A DNA stretch of 54,154 bases from Octopus bimaculoides (Eukaryota), in NCBI RefSeq assembly GCF_001194135.2, contig NC_068987.1, forward strand, positions 101,846,846 to 101,900,999. The letters are read 5' to 3'. Positions within the stretch are counted from its first letter, which is position 1; every line of letters starts with the position of its first letter. Below are positions 27,624 through 39,591 of this stretch, in pieces. The position numbers were made by a program, and so were the translations under genes. The notes under the pieces are model-generated. The model searched no databases and was not told where the DNA came from. It worked only from the letters and a program-made list of their open reading frames with translations.

Positions 27624-28614
27624 TGTGTTGTGTTTGTGTGTGTATGTGTGAGTGTGTAAATATATATTCATATATATATATATATGCATGTATATATATA
27701 TATGTACGAAGGTATGTATGTACGTATGTATGTATGCATGTATGTAAGTATGTATGTGTGTGTGTGTGTGTGTAAACCAATCACTTGAAGTGGTGTTTCA
27801 TTGTTTTGCCGCTAAATAAATCGATAAATAAACAGATAATTAGCAAAACTGCTTTTCCGTACCATAGAAAAACTAAATCGATCTCTAAGCCCGTATGCAG
27901 GCATGTATGCTTGTACGTTATGTATGTATGCATGTATCTATTTGTGTATGTATATATGTATGTACGTATCTACATGTATATTTATGTATGAAAGGGGAAT
28001 AGAGTTAGGAAAGTTTGAAATTGAAACATTCATAGAGAAATAATAATATAGATCGATAGATCGATAGATAGCCGAATAGATACTGAGGACATGAGAAGAA
28101 AATGCAGAATAGAATATTTCATGGGTTTCCTGTGAGGTGTGTCCTATACATTATAATTATGATAATATATATTTTCAACGTCTTTGCTTTATCATTATTA
28201 CGTCAATCAGCTTCTGCATCGAGAAGCACTATCCTAGCTTTATAACAGGTCAGGCATAAAACGCTTAGATTACATTTTTGTCTTTATAATATCTGCTTTC
28301 ATTCTCGACCCCACGGAAAAGCGCTGTAGGTAAACCTCTTCCAACGTACTATGTAATTCAACTAATCTATGCGAATGAGATTCGGTAAACGGTAACTATG
28401 GGTAACTTCGTCGGAAGAATCGTTGTCTCCGATATATTGTGAGTATAACCCTTGGCTACCTTTAGTATCACCACCTCACCAGCAAGTGATGTCCGTGGAG
28501 TTCGTTCTGGTAGAAGCATTCAGATGAGGTGTCCAGTTTGAGTATATCTTTCTCTACCCCTATCAGTTACAGGTGCTCTGCAAAAAATTTTCTAGCCGCT
28601 ACATTTTAAAGTTT

Positions 28615-28773
28615 GAGAGTGGCTGTGTAGTAAGTAGCTTGCTTACCAACCACATGGTTCCGGGTTCAGTCCCACGGCGTAGCAACTTGGGCACGTGTCT
28701 TCTACTATAGCCTCGGGTTGACCAAAGCCTTGTGAGTGGATTTGGTAGACAAAAACCGAAATAAGTCTGTCGT

Positions 28774-28836
<63 letters not shown>

Positions 28837-29043
28837 TGTTTGTGTGTCTGTGTATTTTCATATAGCATTGCTTGACAACCGAGGCTGGTGTGTTTATGTC
28901 CCCGCCACTTAGCGGTTCGGTAAAAAGTGCCCGATAGAATAAGTACTAGGCTTACAAAGAATAAGTCCGGGGTCGATTTGCTGGACTAAAGGTGGTGCTC
29001 CAGCATGGCCGCAGTCAAATGACTGAAACAAGTAAAAGAGTAA
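28615..29043 (+). mobile_element. Full-length tRNA-derived CORE-type SINE (family B) with internal (TA)n(TG)n
   Basis: A-box-like TGGCTGTGTAGTAAG; B-box GGTTCAGTCCC (28663-73); CORE-like ACTTGGGCACGTGTCTTCTACTATAGCCTCGGG; microsatellite about 28780-28835; 3' half ending GGCCGCAGTCAAATGACTGAAACAAGTAAAAGAG. Resembles the octopus OR-type SINEs as I remember them; unverified. Confidence 0.85.
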
Positions 29044-29931
29044 CTGTAGCCAACTCGTCCCACAAACTCTATGAATTTTGAAGGTATGTTTGTGGTGCGT
29101 GTGTAGTTATTTTGTCCCTGTCCAGTTCTAACTGAGCAGACTTGTGAACAAAAGCTACTTGTGCATCTTTTCAGGATTACACTGCTGAGAACACAGTAAC
29201 TTCCATGTCATTTTTATAAGTAGGGTAATATATGTGTGAGACTTGCTTATTCTTTCGAACAAGTCAGGATACCACGTAGAAGTTCATTCGCTGCTTCGTG
29301 GTTTATCAGTGTTTTTAACTGGTTACTATGCTGATAACGGTAGTTATGAAAGGCTAAACTTAAATGCTAAATAAAATACGCTTTCATTCTTTCATTCTAA
29401 CATAAAGTGAGTAAGCAACTGTGGGTAGAGAGAGAAACGTGGTTGTGAGAGAAAATTTCTGAAATTCAGTAATTTTTATCATAGACGATTAATAGGTCAA
29501 CATTTAATAAAATGCACTTCTGTTCTATTTGGTGCAATGACCCTCTCTGATTTGCCCAACGTGGCTATCAGATTCTTGGGATATACGTATAGCATTTAAA
29601 ATATTGTGTGCGGTTTTAGAAAAAGCATCCAGCAACATCATACGTATAACAGTTGAAATTGATCTTGAACACAACGTGTACTCTAACTGTTTTGTGTTTT
29701 TGTGTTTATATTTTTAACGTTCTTTGTTTTGGGGGACATTGGAGCAAGGCATTCTTGACGGCATTATAAAATCCCGGGTAGCAGCTATATGGATTAGCAT
29801 TGGGCCCTTAAATCAGTTAGCCCTTAAATCATTTAACCCCCGGGTACCATTGCCATAAAGGAGCACTGCTCTTGTGACGAATAAGTAAATTCACGTGTTG
29901 TTGCTGTTGTTGTTATTAATGTTTAGTGACA

Positions 29932-30335
29932 TTTCGTCCGTCGATACGTTCTGACGTCAAATTCTTTCGTGGTCGACTTGCCTTTCATCCTTTCGGGGTT
30001 GATAAATAAAGTACCAGTTGAGCACTGAGGTAGATGTAATCGAATTAACCTCCTGCTTTGAAATTGCTGCTCTTGAGCGAACATTTGAAGTCAGTTTTAG
30101 TATTTTGAAGGCAGCGATCTGGCAGTATCTGCAGTTGGACAAAATGATTGGCTGTATATATTCCGCCTGAATACGTTCCGATTTCAGATTGCACTAGAAT
30201 CAACTTTGTGTTTTTTTTATCCCCCAGGACCAATAAAATATAGCACTAGTCAAGTATTGGAGTCGATATAACTGAGTATCCCTTCCATTCAAAACCGTTT
30301 ATCTTGTGCCAAAAATTTGGAAGTATTATTATCAC
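29932..30335 (+). mobile_element. Two tandem SINE family A copies
   Basis: First body CTTTCATCCTTTCGGGGTTGATAAATAAAGTACCAGTTGAGCACTGAGG, then a new head AAGGCAGCGATCTGGCAG at about 30108; the second copy has a TTGTGCCAAAAATTTGGAA-type tail. Confidence 0.75.
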
Positions 30336-31438
30336 CATTACTGTTATAAACAGTTATATTTGACAAAAAAATAAGAAGGGGAAGCGACGTGTATATATAT
30401 TTTTTTTCGTTTCATCTCCACCAAATATCTGCAATACAGAAGTACTATATAGTTGATTCAATCATTATAAGCGTCATTAAAGCATTTTGCAATCACCATC
30501 ACCATCTGTTTTCCCTACCTCTTCCCCCTCCTTCTCTTTCTCACCTCCCTCTCAACTCATACTCCACCTCTCATCAGACTACTTTGCCATTATTTCATAT
30601 TCTGTATTACAACGCACTGACATTATAGATGGCGTTTATTCAAGAATGTTTTTATCGATCTCTTGTTGATAATTGACATCACCTAATCGAGACAAATCCA
30701 ATAACACTCGATCGTAATTATTCCAACAGTAATCGATATATTTCTATCCACTTTAACACTTTCTACCTCATGTCTTGTATTCGTTGTTTTATTTGCTATC
30801 GATATGTTTCTTTACTACATTCTAAATGTATATATGTGTATATATGCGTATGTCTAGATATATGTGTGTACCTGTGTTATCTGTTATTATATTTTATAGA
30901 TTTATATATGTACATACACGTGTATCTACGACGTTATGGCTGAGCGTGTGTGTATGCATGACTGTATATGCGTATATGAGTATATCTGCGTTCGAATGCA
31001 TTCGTGAACACGTACATGAGTGTCTCTATAACCATGCAAAAATCTGTGTTCACATCTTGATATCATTTAGTGTGATATATATGCACGTGTGTGTGTGTGT
31101 GTGTGCATATGCGTGTATGTATGTAAAATTCATGAATTAAATATTTTCTGTATGTATATACAGGCAGAAAAAACAAACGTACATACATATACAACGTATA
31201 CATATATACGTACAAGCATACGTATGCATGTGTACTAACATAGTTACATATGTAAATGCATACATATAAACATAATAGCTGTTGACTCGTGTTCAACGAA
31301 GATCACTTCTGGAGATAAAAAGAATCGTGCTTTTGACAGTAGTACTTCATAAGTACTAGATTGTTTGTAAACCTTTTTGTGGAATTGACAGTGAAGCTTG
31401 TGTTTATATATCAGTGCGAGGATTATTTTCTGATTGTG

Positions 31439-31516
<78 letters not shown>

Positions 31517-31789
31517 CGTATGTATGTATGTATGTATGAATCTCTTCATCCATAAGACGGTGTTCGGATTTAACGTAATTTGTGTATGCATCCACTACTG
31601 GTTGTATATTCTTAACTGTTGGTGGACTATATCTACAAATATTATTACGTACTTCCGAGACCCTAGAAACAGCTGTAGCACTTGTAACCATACATTCTTC
31701 TCTTAGTTTACTGAGTAAAAACCTGAGTTTGTTTCTTAGATGAAAATTTGAAAATTGAAAGAAATCCGTCGTATATGTATGTGTGTTGT

Positions 31790-31860
<71 letters not shown>

Positions 31861-32239
31861 CGTATGTGTGTCAATGTACAGATTTGAATACACCGATACA
31901 GTTTTACACACACACACACACTATACGTGCACGTGTATATGAGTATATAGACTAACAGATTGATATATAAATGTACGTGCCTATATACACGAAGCACTTA
32001 CCCATATGCAAACAAACTCATAACTAAAATGCCATAGAACTACGTTCTATACATTCATCATATAGATATATATATACATATATATATAGATAGACAGACA
32101 GACAGACAGACACACACACACACGCACGCACACAAAGAGATGAGAGAAAGAGAGCGAGGAGTTCGATAGATAGATAGATAGATAGAGAGAGAGATAGACA
32201 GACAGAATCATAAGTATCTATATGTTGAATATATATAGG

Positions 32240-32370
32240 GGTTGCGTAGGTAAATTCTTAAGAAATTTGTGTCGAAATCCCTGTTTCAGGTTCGATTCGA
32301 CTCTTGTATCTTGAACAAATGTATTTTACAATAGAGTACATCTGACCGAATCGCTGTGAATAAAATTTAG
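32240..32370 (+). mobile_element. Highly diverged SINE family B head
   Basis: TTAAGAAATTTG...CAGGTTCGATTCG...TCTTGAACAAATGTATTTTACAATAG...GACCGA aligns loosely with 28625-28745. Confidence 0.45.
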
Positions 32371-33767
32371 CAAGTAATTATCTTTTGAATCTTGTCGAAT
32401 GAACAATATCAGTATTCGAATATCCGGACTTCAAAGACTGTCACATTGATGATGCCTGAAGAATATTCTGACGGTATATATGTGTGTAGATTACTCAGTC
32501 ATGTTTTTACTAAATCAATATTGTATACGCATTGGAGACATCTCCAGAAATTCATTTACTTTCATTTTATTTATTCATAAATATATGTATGTATGTACGT
32601 ATGTATGTTTGTATGTACTTGTGTCTGCGTGTGTATGTGTGTGTGTGTGAATGTGTGTATATTTATCCATTCTTATGTTTTTAATTATTTAGAATGAAGG
32701 TGCTGGTTTCAAAGATACAATTCTTCATCGTTGGACTGTCTATATGAAAGTTAATATCACGTTTTGCGCTTAAGAAACGTCTTGTATATTTTTAGTGTTT
32801 CTGTTACTAACCGTGTTTGTACTATATATTTTAGTTGGTTTTTTTTTCTGAAAGCAATTGCTGTTCCAGATTGTTAATGTTATCCTTTGCTAACAAATCC
32901 AGTGTTACAATTAATATTGATATCAATGTGAATTTAAATTCTGCGTACAGAAACTGAAGGTTACGCAGCGGTTGTCCATATTTATCCTTTCTTTTTATAT
33001 TTCTTGATTTAAAGAGATATTCCCATCAGTACATTCTTTTATTTCTTTGTTAAAAACAATGATATGTAGCCTCTTATTACTGAACTTGGTAGAAGCAGTA
33101 TGAAGAAAGATATTTTTTATGGGAATTATTCAAGATCTGATTTAACATAACATCTTACAGCAATCTGACTGTCATGTAGCACTTGTTATACTAATTGTAT
33201 CAACACTCATTTCGTTGTTTACTTTTGCCTACCATTCAAACGAAAGCGTCATTATTGCTTACCTTTTGACCATTTCTTTTGTCCCATAAACACCTTCCAT
33301 TTGACGAGATCATTTTTCACTTCCCAATTCGATGTGAATTTTGAACGGTCAACTTATAGTTCTGTTACACCTGGAGATGTATCATGAGACATGCAGCTGC
33401 TCTATATCATCCACAGCTCTTCGCAAGTTGCATCTCCATTAATAATTGTTTTCATTCAGAGTTGTGCTACATTTTTGTAGGCTGTACCACCATCAAACAC
33501 TAATATTTCCGGTGGTGTCCACAGTTTTACGGCTTCACCGCTTCAGACAGCATTTCTCGAATTTGCTCTGTATTTAATATTTGCAAAAACAGGAAGAAAC
33601 CCATCAATGCAGGAAAATACAGTAAAATTAATGTTTGATTGTTGAATATTATTTGGATATACTTTAATTAAACATTATTCTAAAATAAGTATCAACATTC
33701 AAAATAACAAAACACATGTTCTTGCCCTCACCATGTGTGTGCGCGTATACATACATCTCTCTCTCTC

Positions 33768-33810
<43 letters not shown>

Positions 33811-33950
33811 TACACACACACGCACAGGTACACACATATATATATACACACACAATAGTCACACATACACATATGCACACATGAATGCATTTAGGTATGT
33901 ATGCATGAGCTTATGCATACATACAGACATACATGCATATATGTATATGC

Positions 33951-34008
<58 letters not shown>

Positions 34009-35927
34009 ACGTGTATTTGTGTGAGAGAGAGGCAAAAATAAAAAAAAAACAGCAAGAAACACAGAAAGAGAGAGAGATTGAGATAAATTGTATCAATACG
34101 CGGTGGAAATGAATCGAATGTATACAGAAATTCTTGTGTTTTTGAATTCCTGTGTATTGTGATTTAGTAAAGTTTTACGCTTTGTTTTAAATTAGCATTT
34201 CCATAACCCACCAAAAGCATTTGAAGTGTTTGTTTAGCTACCACTGTACATATTGGTTATATACATAGACACAAGAAGAGAAGTGATTTTGTCTTTCGTA
34301 CTAAAAAGCACATACACATAAAAACATTAAAAAAATGCATGCATATATGAATGCATGTATATATCTGTGTGCATGTGTGTGTGTGTGTGTGTGCATAACG
34401 TATGTGTGTGTGCATAACCTACATACACACACACATATAGTTATATCCATATATATCATTATATGCATACATTGACATATATGCATGTGTGTGTGTGTAA
34501 AAATGTAACATTGTGTAAGCAATCGATAATTACACAAAATACATTGATAGGTTATTGATCCGTCAAATTATTACTAGAAGAATGGTAATTGTTAGATCTC
34601 TTGGCAGTCTTTGCAGTTAATAATAACGTTACTGCGATTATTTTGCGAATCGGTACTAGTGCTTCTTCTTTTTCTTATTATTATTAATAATAATATTCAT
34701 TATTTGATTGTTATCATTATCTTCATATTTATCAGACTGGCAGATTGTGCTATAATGCATACACACAAAAGCACACAAAAGCACACACATACATATATTT
34801 GAAAATTACATAGCTACATACATTTATGCACACATTAACAGCAGTAATTGTACATATATATATATATATATATATCATTGTATTGCATTGCAATGCTTTG
34901 CTTGAATAGTCATTCATACCAGATTTCTTGTATTACAAACAGAATTTTTTAAACCTAGATCTGCCCTACAAAATGGCGTTATATTGTAAAACAAAACGTG
35001 TCTGAAAGAAAAAAAAGGGAGCAAAACAAAAGTGAAATAGTAAATAATGAAATAGTAAGGCCATTAATCATTCCTTTTTGTGAATAACTGACAGGAAGAA
35101 AATATGCATAAAAGACAGTTTTCTTTAATCAGCATTCCATATCAAATATATTATTTCCTTTTTTGGTACATTTTAATTAGTATATTTTTTCATTTCATTT
35201 TACTTTGTGTTCCTGTCGAAATTCTTCAAAATAGGCGATAACTGTTCTTTGTTTTTTTTTTCTTTTTTTCTTTTCATTTTTGAAATATTCAGTTATATAT
35301 TCTTTTATGGTGCACTTTTTATTGAAATTGTCGAAAACCTCTTTCACGTCAGTACACTTTAGTTACCAAACACAAACGTATATACACACCTACATACATG
35401 TATGCGTACATATTTGTGTGTGTGTGTGAATGTGTTATATGTGTGTGTGTGAGTAGGGCGTGTGTGTGTATGTATATATCGCTTTATATATATTAAGGTT
35501 ATAATACATTACTCACATATTCACAAGTATATACATTATATAAATAAGTATTCTATAAATGTGTTTATTTGCAAATCTCTCCCTCCCTTACGTGCATATG
35601 AATATGTGCATGCATAAGTGTATAAATATATACATACACATTTACAAATAGAGACACCACACACGCACACACACAAACGCCCACACGCACGCACACACAC
35701 ACACACACATACACAACAAAGAGAGGGAAGGATGGAAAGTCAGAGAGAAATATCGCAAGAAGATTATAAAGAAAGATAAACCAGTTTCTTCTCACGAATC
35801 TTTGAAACATGATCTTCGTAAACAATATTACATATTTAGATTTACAAATTCATTTTTTTATTCCGTATATCGAATACCTCGCTTTTCCAGTATTTCTTAT
35901 GTTATTTTTGTTCAGAATTGTTGATAA

Positions 35928-35963
35928 CTTAACATTAATTTAAAATTTTCTTTTCTTCCACAG
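35928..35963 (+). promoter_or_regulatory. 3' splice site of the HS3ST last exon (branch point, pyrimidine tract, AG)
   Basis: CTTAAC at 35928-35933, then TTTTCTTTTCTTCCACAG ending at 35963. The phase-2 junction gives (AG/CG)G AGT TTA ATG = R-S-L-M-P, matching the family sequence WYR(S/D)LMP. Confidence 0.85.
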
Positions 35964-36588
35964 GAGTTTAATGCCAAGGTCTGAAGAAGGTCAACTCACC
36001 ATCGAGAAAACACCGAGTTATTTCATAACGAAAGAGGTCCCAAGAAGAGTGTACCAGTTCTCCAAACACCTCAAGTTGATTGTGGTAGTGAGGGACCCCG
36101 TTACTCGGGCTATATCTGACTACACACAGGTGGCCAGCAAGAAGATGGATTCGCGTAGCTTCGAGGAAATGGTGTTTGTTGATAACACCAGCCGTATTGT
36201 CGACACTCAGTGGAGTCCTGTCCGTATAGGAGTCTATGCTAAACACCTGAAACATTGGCTTCAGTATTTCCCTCTGGAACAAATGCACTTCGTGAGTGGT
36301 GAACGTCTTATTGAAAACCCTGCTGATGAGATGTTAAAAGTGCAACAGTTTTTGGGACTCAGACCTGTTATAAACCACAAACATTTTTACCTGAAATCCA
36401 GGAAAGGATTCCCTTGTATCCTCAAACCTAACAGACAAAAAGGTAGCCACCCTCACTGCTTAGGTGAAACTAAAGGGCGTATTCACCCCATGATTGATCC
36501 TTCAGTGATACGGAGGCTTAGGGATTTTTATAAGCCCTTCAATATAAAGTTTTATCGCATGGTTAATCAAGATTTTGGGTGGGTATGA
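35964..36588 (+). CDS. HS3ST3: Terminal coding exon of a heparan sulfate glucosamine 3-O-sulfotransferase, HS3ST2/3/4/6 (Hs3st-B) group; partial CDS, upstream exon(s) not visible
   Basis: Frame reads (xxG)-S-L-MPRSEEGQLTIEKTPSYFITKEVP...KLIVVVRDPVTRAISDYTQ...FPCILK...HCLGETKGRIHP...FYKPFNIKFYRMVNQDFGWV-TGA. It has EKTPSY, the 3'-PSB motif KLIVVVRDPVTRAISDY, the FPC/HCL cysteine pair, KGR and the C-terminal FGW typical of vertebrate HS3ST2/3A1/3B1/4/6. It is probably co-orthologous to that whole group, so the symbol is only the nearest label. It begins right after a canonical acceptor; the track ATG at 35971 is an internal Met. No stops or frameshifts. Confidence 0.95.
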
Positions 36589-36667
36589 TAGTAATAATCT
36601 TTTTATTCCAACCTTTGTATAAAAAGGAAGCTTAACGTATTGAATCAAAATATAGGAAAAACAAACA

Positions 36668-36897
36668 AATAAAAGTGATTAATTAAACAAAAACAAAATA
36701 TTACTCAATAAAATCATGGAAAAAATTAGACAAAAATACTATTGACTTGATCAAACAGTGTGTTGGATTAATTAATATATCTATAAGGTGCTTTAAGATT
36801 AAGTAATTAATATCAATAATGCATAAATAATACTAAGAATAACAATAAGATTTGCGAACATAATAATACAACTTTATTTCTCACGTTTGGAAATAAA
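36668..36897 (+). terminator. Candidate polyadenylation signals of HS3ST
   Basis: AATAAA at 36668, 36707 and 36892; the last is followed by a GT/T-rich stretch (about 36920-36980). AATAAA is common in AT-rich DNA, so actual usage is unproven. Confidence 0.35.
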
Positions 36898-37050
36898 AGA
36901 GAAATTATCTTTACACGGCTTGAGTGTTATTTCAAAATGTGCTGTTGTCTTTTACGTACTTTTTCTGACTTCTTTTTATTGTTTTATTGTAATACCTACT
37001 GTGAAGCATTAAATCGGTATCAATGCAACGCTTGACTGTGAAAATTCCGT

Positions 37051-37192
37051 TTAAATTCCGCCGAGGTCGACTTTTTCTTTCATCCTTTCGGTGTCGATAG
37101 ATTAAGTACTAGTTGCATACTGGGGGCGATCTAAATCGATTTAACCCCTCCCTCAAAATTTCAGGCATTCTGCCTATAATAGAAAGTATTAT
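37051..37192 (+). mobile_element. SINE family A (B-box to tail) whose tail is interrupted by the LINE
   Basis: TTAAATTCCGCCGAGGTCGACTTTTTCTTTCATCCTTTCGGTGTCGATAG...AAAATTTCAGGCATTCTGCCTATAATAGAAAGTATTAT. Confidence 0.85.
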
Positions 37193-39482
37193 GTTGTTTT
37201 TTTCTTCCTTCTTCAAATATTCTTCCATTTCTCGCCGAGTGTTTTTCTTACACCTAGCGCAGAGAAGCTCATTGTTTGCATTCCCAGTTAACACAAGCAG
37301 ATTCACAGGTAAAATATGTATTTAAAAAGAATTGATAAATTAATAAATTCATGAATGGATGCTGTTTTCACAGCGATAATGATCTTCTCGGTACATGAGT
37401 TGTTCCAGTTAACACAATTTTTTGCACTTCCTGTAGGGATGGTAAGCCTGGTATCATTTTCAAATAGGTTTCAGTACCTTTTTTATAATTCCTAGAGATT
37501 CTACAATCACTGGTACAGTAGTCGCCCTGAGATACCACATTTTCTTCAGTTTCAATTAGGAATACTCATGTCAATTAATAAACACATCTTCTTTGTCTGA
37601 TTTTTAATAATAATATCCGGTTTATTAGCTTTTATAGTTTTGTTGGTATGTACGGAGAAGTCCCAGAGAATCGACACATTCTCTCCCTCAGTCACAGCTT
37701 CAAGATGGTGTTTATACTATTTGTCAGCGGTTTTGATTTTAAAATGCCGACATATTGTCCAGTGTAAATACTGGCCGACTCTGTCATGTCTTGCTTTATA
37801 TTCTACAGGTGCTAAGACTCTACACCTTGAGATTAGGTAGCCTATATTTTCAATCTCATTGTTACAGATCGGCATATTGAGTCAGCTCCATTTTTCAACA
37901 CATTGGCTTGGTAGTTCCGGGTTAATAAGCTTTGGTCTCGAGCAGCTAATATGAAACTTTCACTCTCTGCTTTTAGCCCTGAGCTTCGTAACCATTGATG
38001 TGTGTGTTTCTGGTCGACATCAGCTTGTTTGCTACGGGCCACATTCTTGCCATGCAGAGGTTTCTGTTCCTATCTGCTAGCTAATTTTTCAGGTGCTTTT
38101 GTCTTTGCAATCAATTTTATTTTCTTTGCAGCAGCAGTTGGCGCATTTCCTTCAACCTGATCAAGCTGGTGGGTATCTAAGAGTTCGGTAGCGAAGTTTT
38201 TGCCCTCTTTCAGAATAGAATGAAGTTTTTTTGGTATTCATGTTTTTCAACAAGTTTGAGCATCCAATCGTTGGTTGTTTCAAGGTATTTGGCCGGTCCG
38301 ATTGTGGTGGTTTTATACGTAACCTCAAGCTGGATCAAGCCTCGACCTCACTGAGCTCTGGGAAGGTAAAGACGATCTACGTCTGCTTTTGGATGGTGCA
38401 TCTTATTACACGTCAGTCGCTTGCGGATTTTTCTATCAATTTTCAATATTTCACTGGTATTCCAGTTAAGCACGTTGAAGCTATAAAGAACAACTGGGAC
38501 TGCTAAGGAATTTATGGCTAACACTTTATTATATGCATTCACCTCAGACTTCAGAACTGCTCGAACTCTTCTATAACCTTCCTTCCTAACCTTCTCTTTC
38601 ATGCTTGCATGCTGGATACCAGAGCCTTCATTTACTCCTAGGTATTTATAGGTTTGTTCCTGCTCAAGTTCCTTTATTGCTGTTTCGACATCTGATACGA
38701 TTGAACTTGACTTTACCAGTTTCCCTTTCTTAAAAGTGGCTTTGGCACACATTTCAAGGCCAAACTCCATCCCGATATCATCACCGAATCCTTTCACAGT
38801 ATGTAGTAGTCCTCCAAGCTCTTCCTCATCTTTGCCATATAGTTTTAAATCATCCATATAAAATAGATGGCTTATTTTCCTGTTGTCAATTTTGTAGCCA
38901 TTCCCTGTTCTATTCAGTTCACTTGAGAGTGGTATCAGTGCTATGCAGAAAATTAATGGTGATTGTGAGTCATCTTGGAAAATGCCACAGTTTATGTTAA
39001 TATTGTTTATGCGCAATACTCCGTTAGAATGATACAATTGTAGCTTCGTGTTCCATAGTGACATTATACTTTAAAAAATTTGAAATCACAGGAGAAATTT
39101 TGAAAATATCCAGCGATTTCAGAATCCACGACGAATGTGATATGCTGTCAAAGGCTTTTTTATAATCAATCTTTGAAGAGCTGAGATTTCTGCGCTTGTT
39201 ATGGCAGTTCTCGAAGAGCATGCGATTAATTAAGAGCTGATCTTTGCATCCGTATGAACCTCGTCTGCATCTGTTTTGTTCAGTGAGAAAGGTTATTCTC
39301 TTCCATAAAGGTATATGTTTTCTCCACTAGAATAGATGTCGAAATCTTATAGATAGTAGACAAACATGTTATAGGCCGGTAGTCTTTTGGGTCTTTGGTT
39401 TCGTTAATTTTGGGATGGACGTAAGTAATACCATTTGCCATCCGATGCGGAGTTTCCCGAGTCTTTCATAATACTATAAAAC
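37193..39482 (-). mobile_element. 5'-truncated non-LTR retrotransposon with restriction-like endonuclease, R4/Dong clade
   Basis: Minus-strand RT plus C-terminal CCHC/RLE region, about 175-nt 3' UTR, flanked by the direct repeat AGTATTAT (37185-37192 and 39483-39490). Starts just upstream of the RT domain, consistent with 5' truncation. Confidence 0.9.
37368..39456 (-). pseudogene. Disrupted RT-RLE polyprotein of the R4/Dong-type LINE
   Basis: Across frameshifts: KDYRPITCL, EQNRCRRGSYGCKDQLLIN, IDYKKAFDSISH, GIFQDDSQSPLIFC, HLFYMDDLKLY (YMDD at 38849-38860), YKYLG, HPKADVDRLYLPR, HQWLRSSGLKAESE, zinc knuckle CRxCNNEIENIGYLISRC (His to Tyr), RHD, KPDIII (37615-37620), LIDMSIP, then VQKIVLTGTTHVPRRSLSL-TGA (37368-37370). 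Several stops and frameshifts, plus a deletion after IDMSIP. Confidence 0.9.
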
Positions 39483-39591
39483 AGTATTATTATTATTATT
39501 ATTATTATTAGTAGTAGTAGTAGTAGCAGTAGTAGTAGTAGTAGTAGTAGTAGTATCATCATCATCATTATTGTTGTTCTTGTTATTCATA

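Noticed and set aside
28260-28600. Complex block with weak resemblance to an RTE C-terminus (PRKSAVGKPLPTY)
   Set aside because: A single weak motif and no collinear support.
28620-28680. tRNA genes at SINE heads
   Set aside because: A/B boxes are present but there is no cloverleaf or acceptor stem, and each continues into a SINE body.
3703-31369. Other short perfect hairpins (3703-3722, about 2790, about 20625-20660, about 31350)
   Set aside because: Stems of 7-9 bp, isolated, within chance expectation.
31404-31997. 197-aa minus ORF with a roughly 75-aa complex core (REECMVTSATAVSRV...)
   Set aside because: The length comes from flanking microsatellites; the core has no recognisable homology and overlaps a SINE-B fragment.
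33255-33560. Minus-strand coding-looking stretch (…WEVKNDLVKWKVFMGQKKWSK) ending at a GTAAG donor-like site
   Set aside because: In-frame stops and no family I can name. A BLASTX would settle it.
35968-36288. 106-aa minus-strand ORF overlapping the HS3ST exon
   Set aside because: Antisense shadow of a real coding exon; no recognisable motif.
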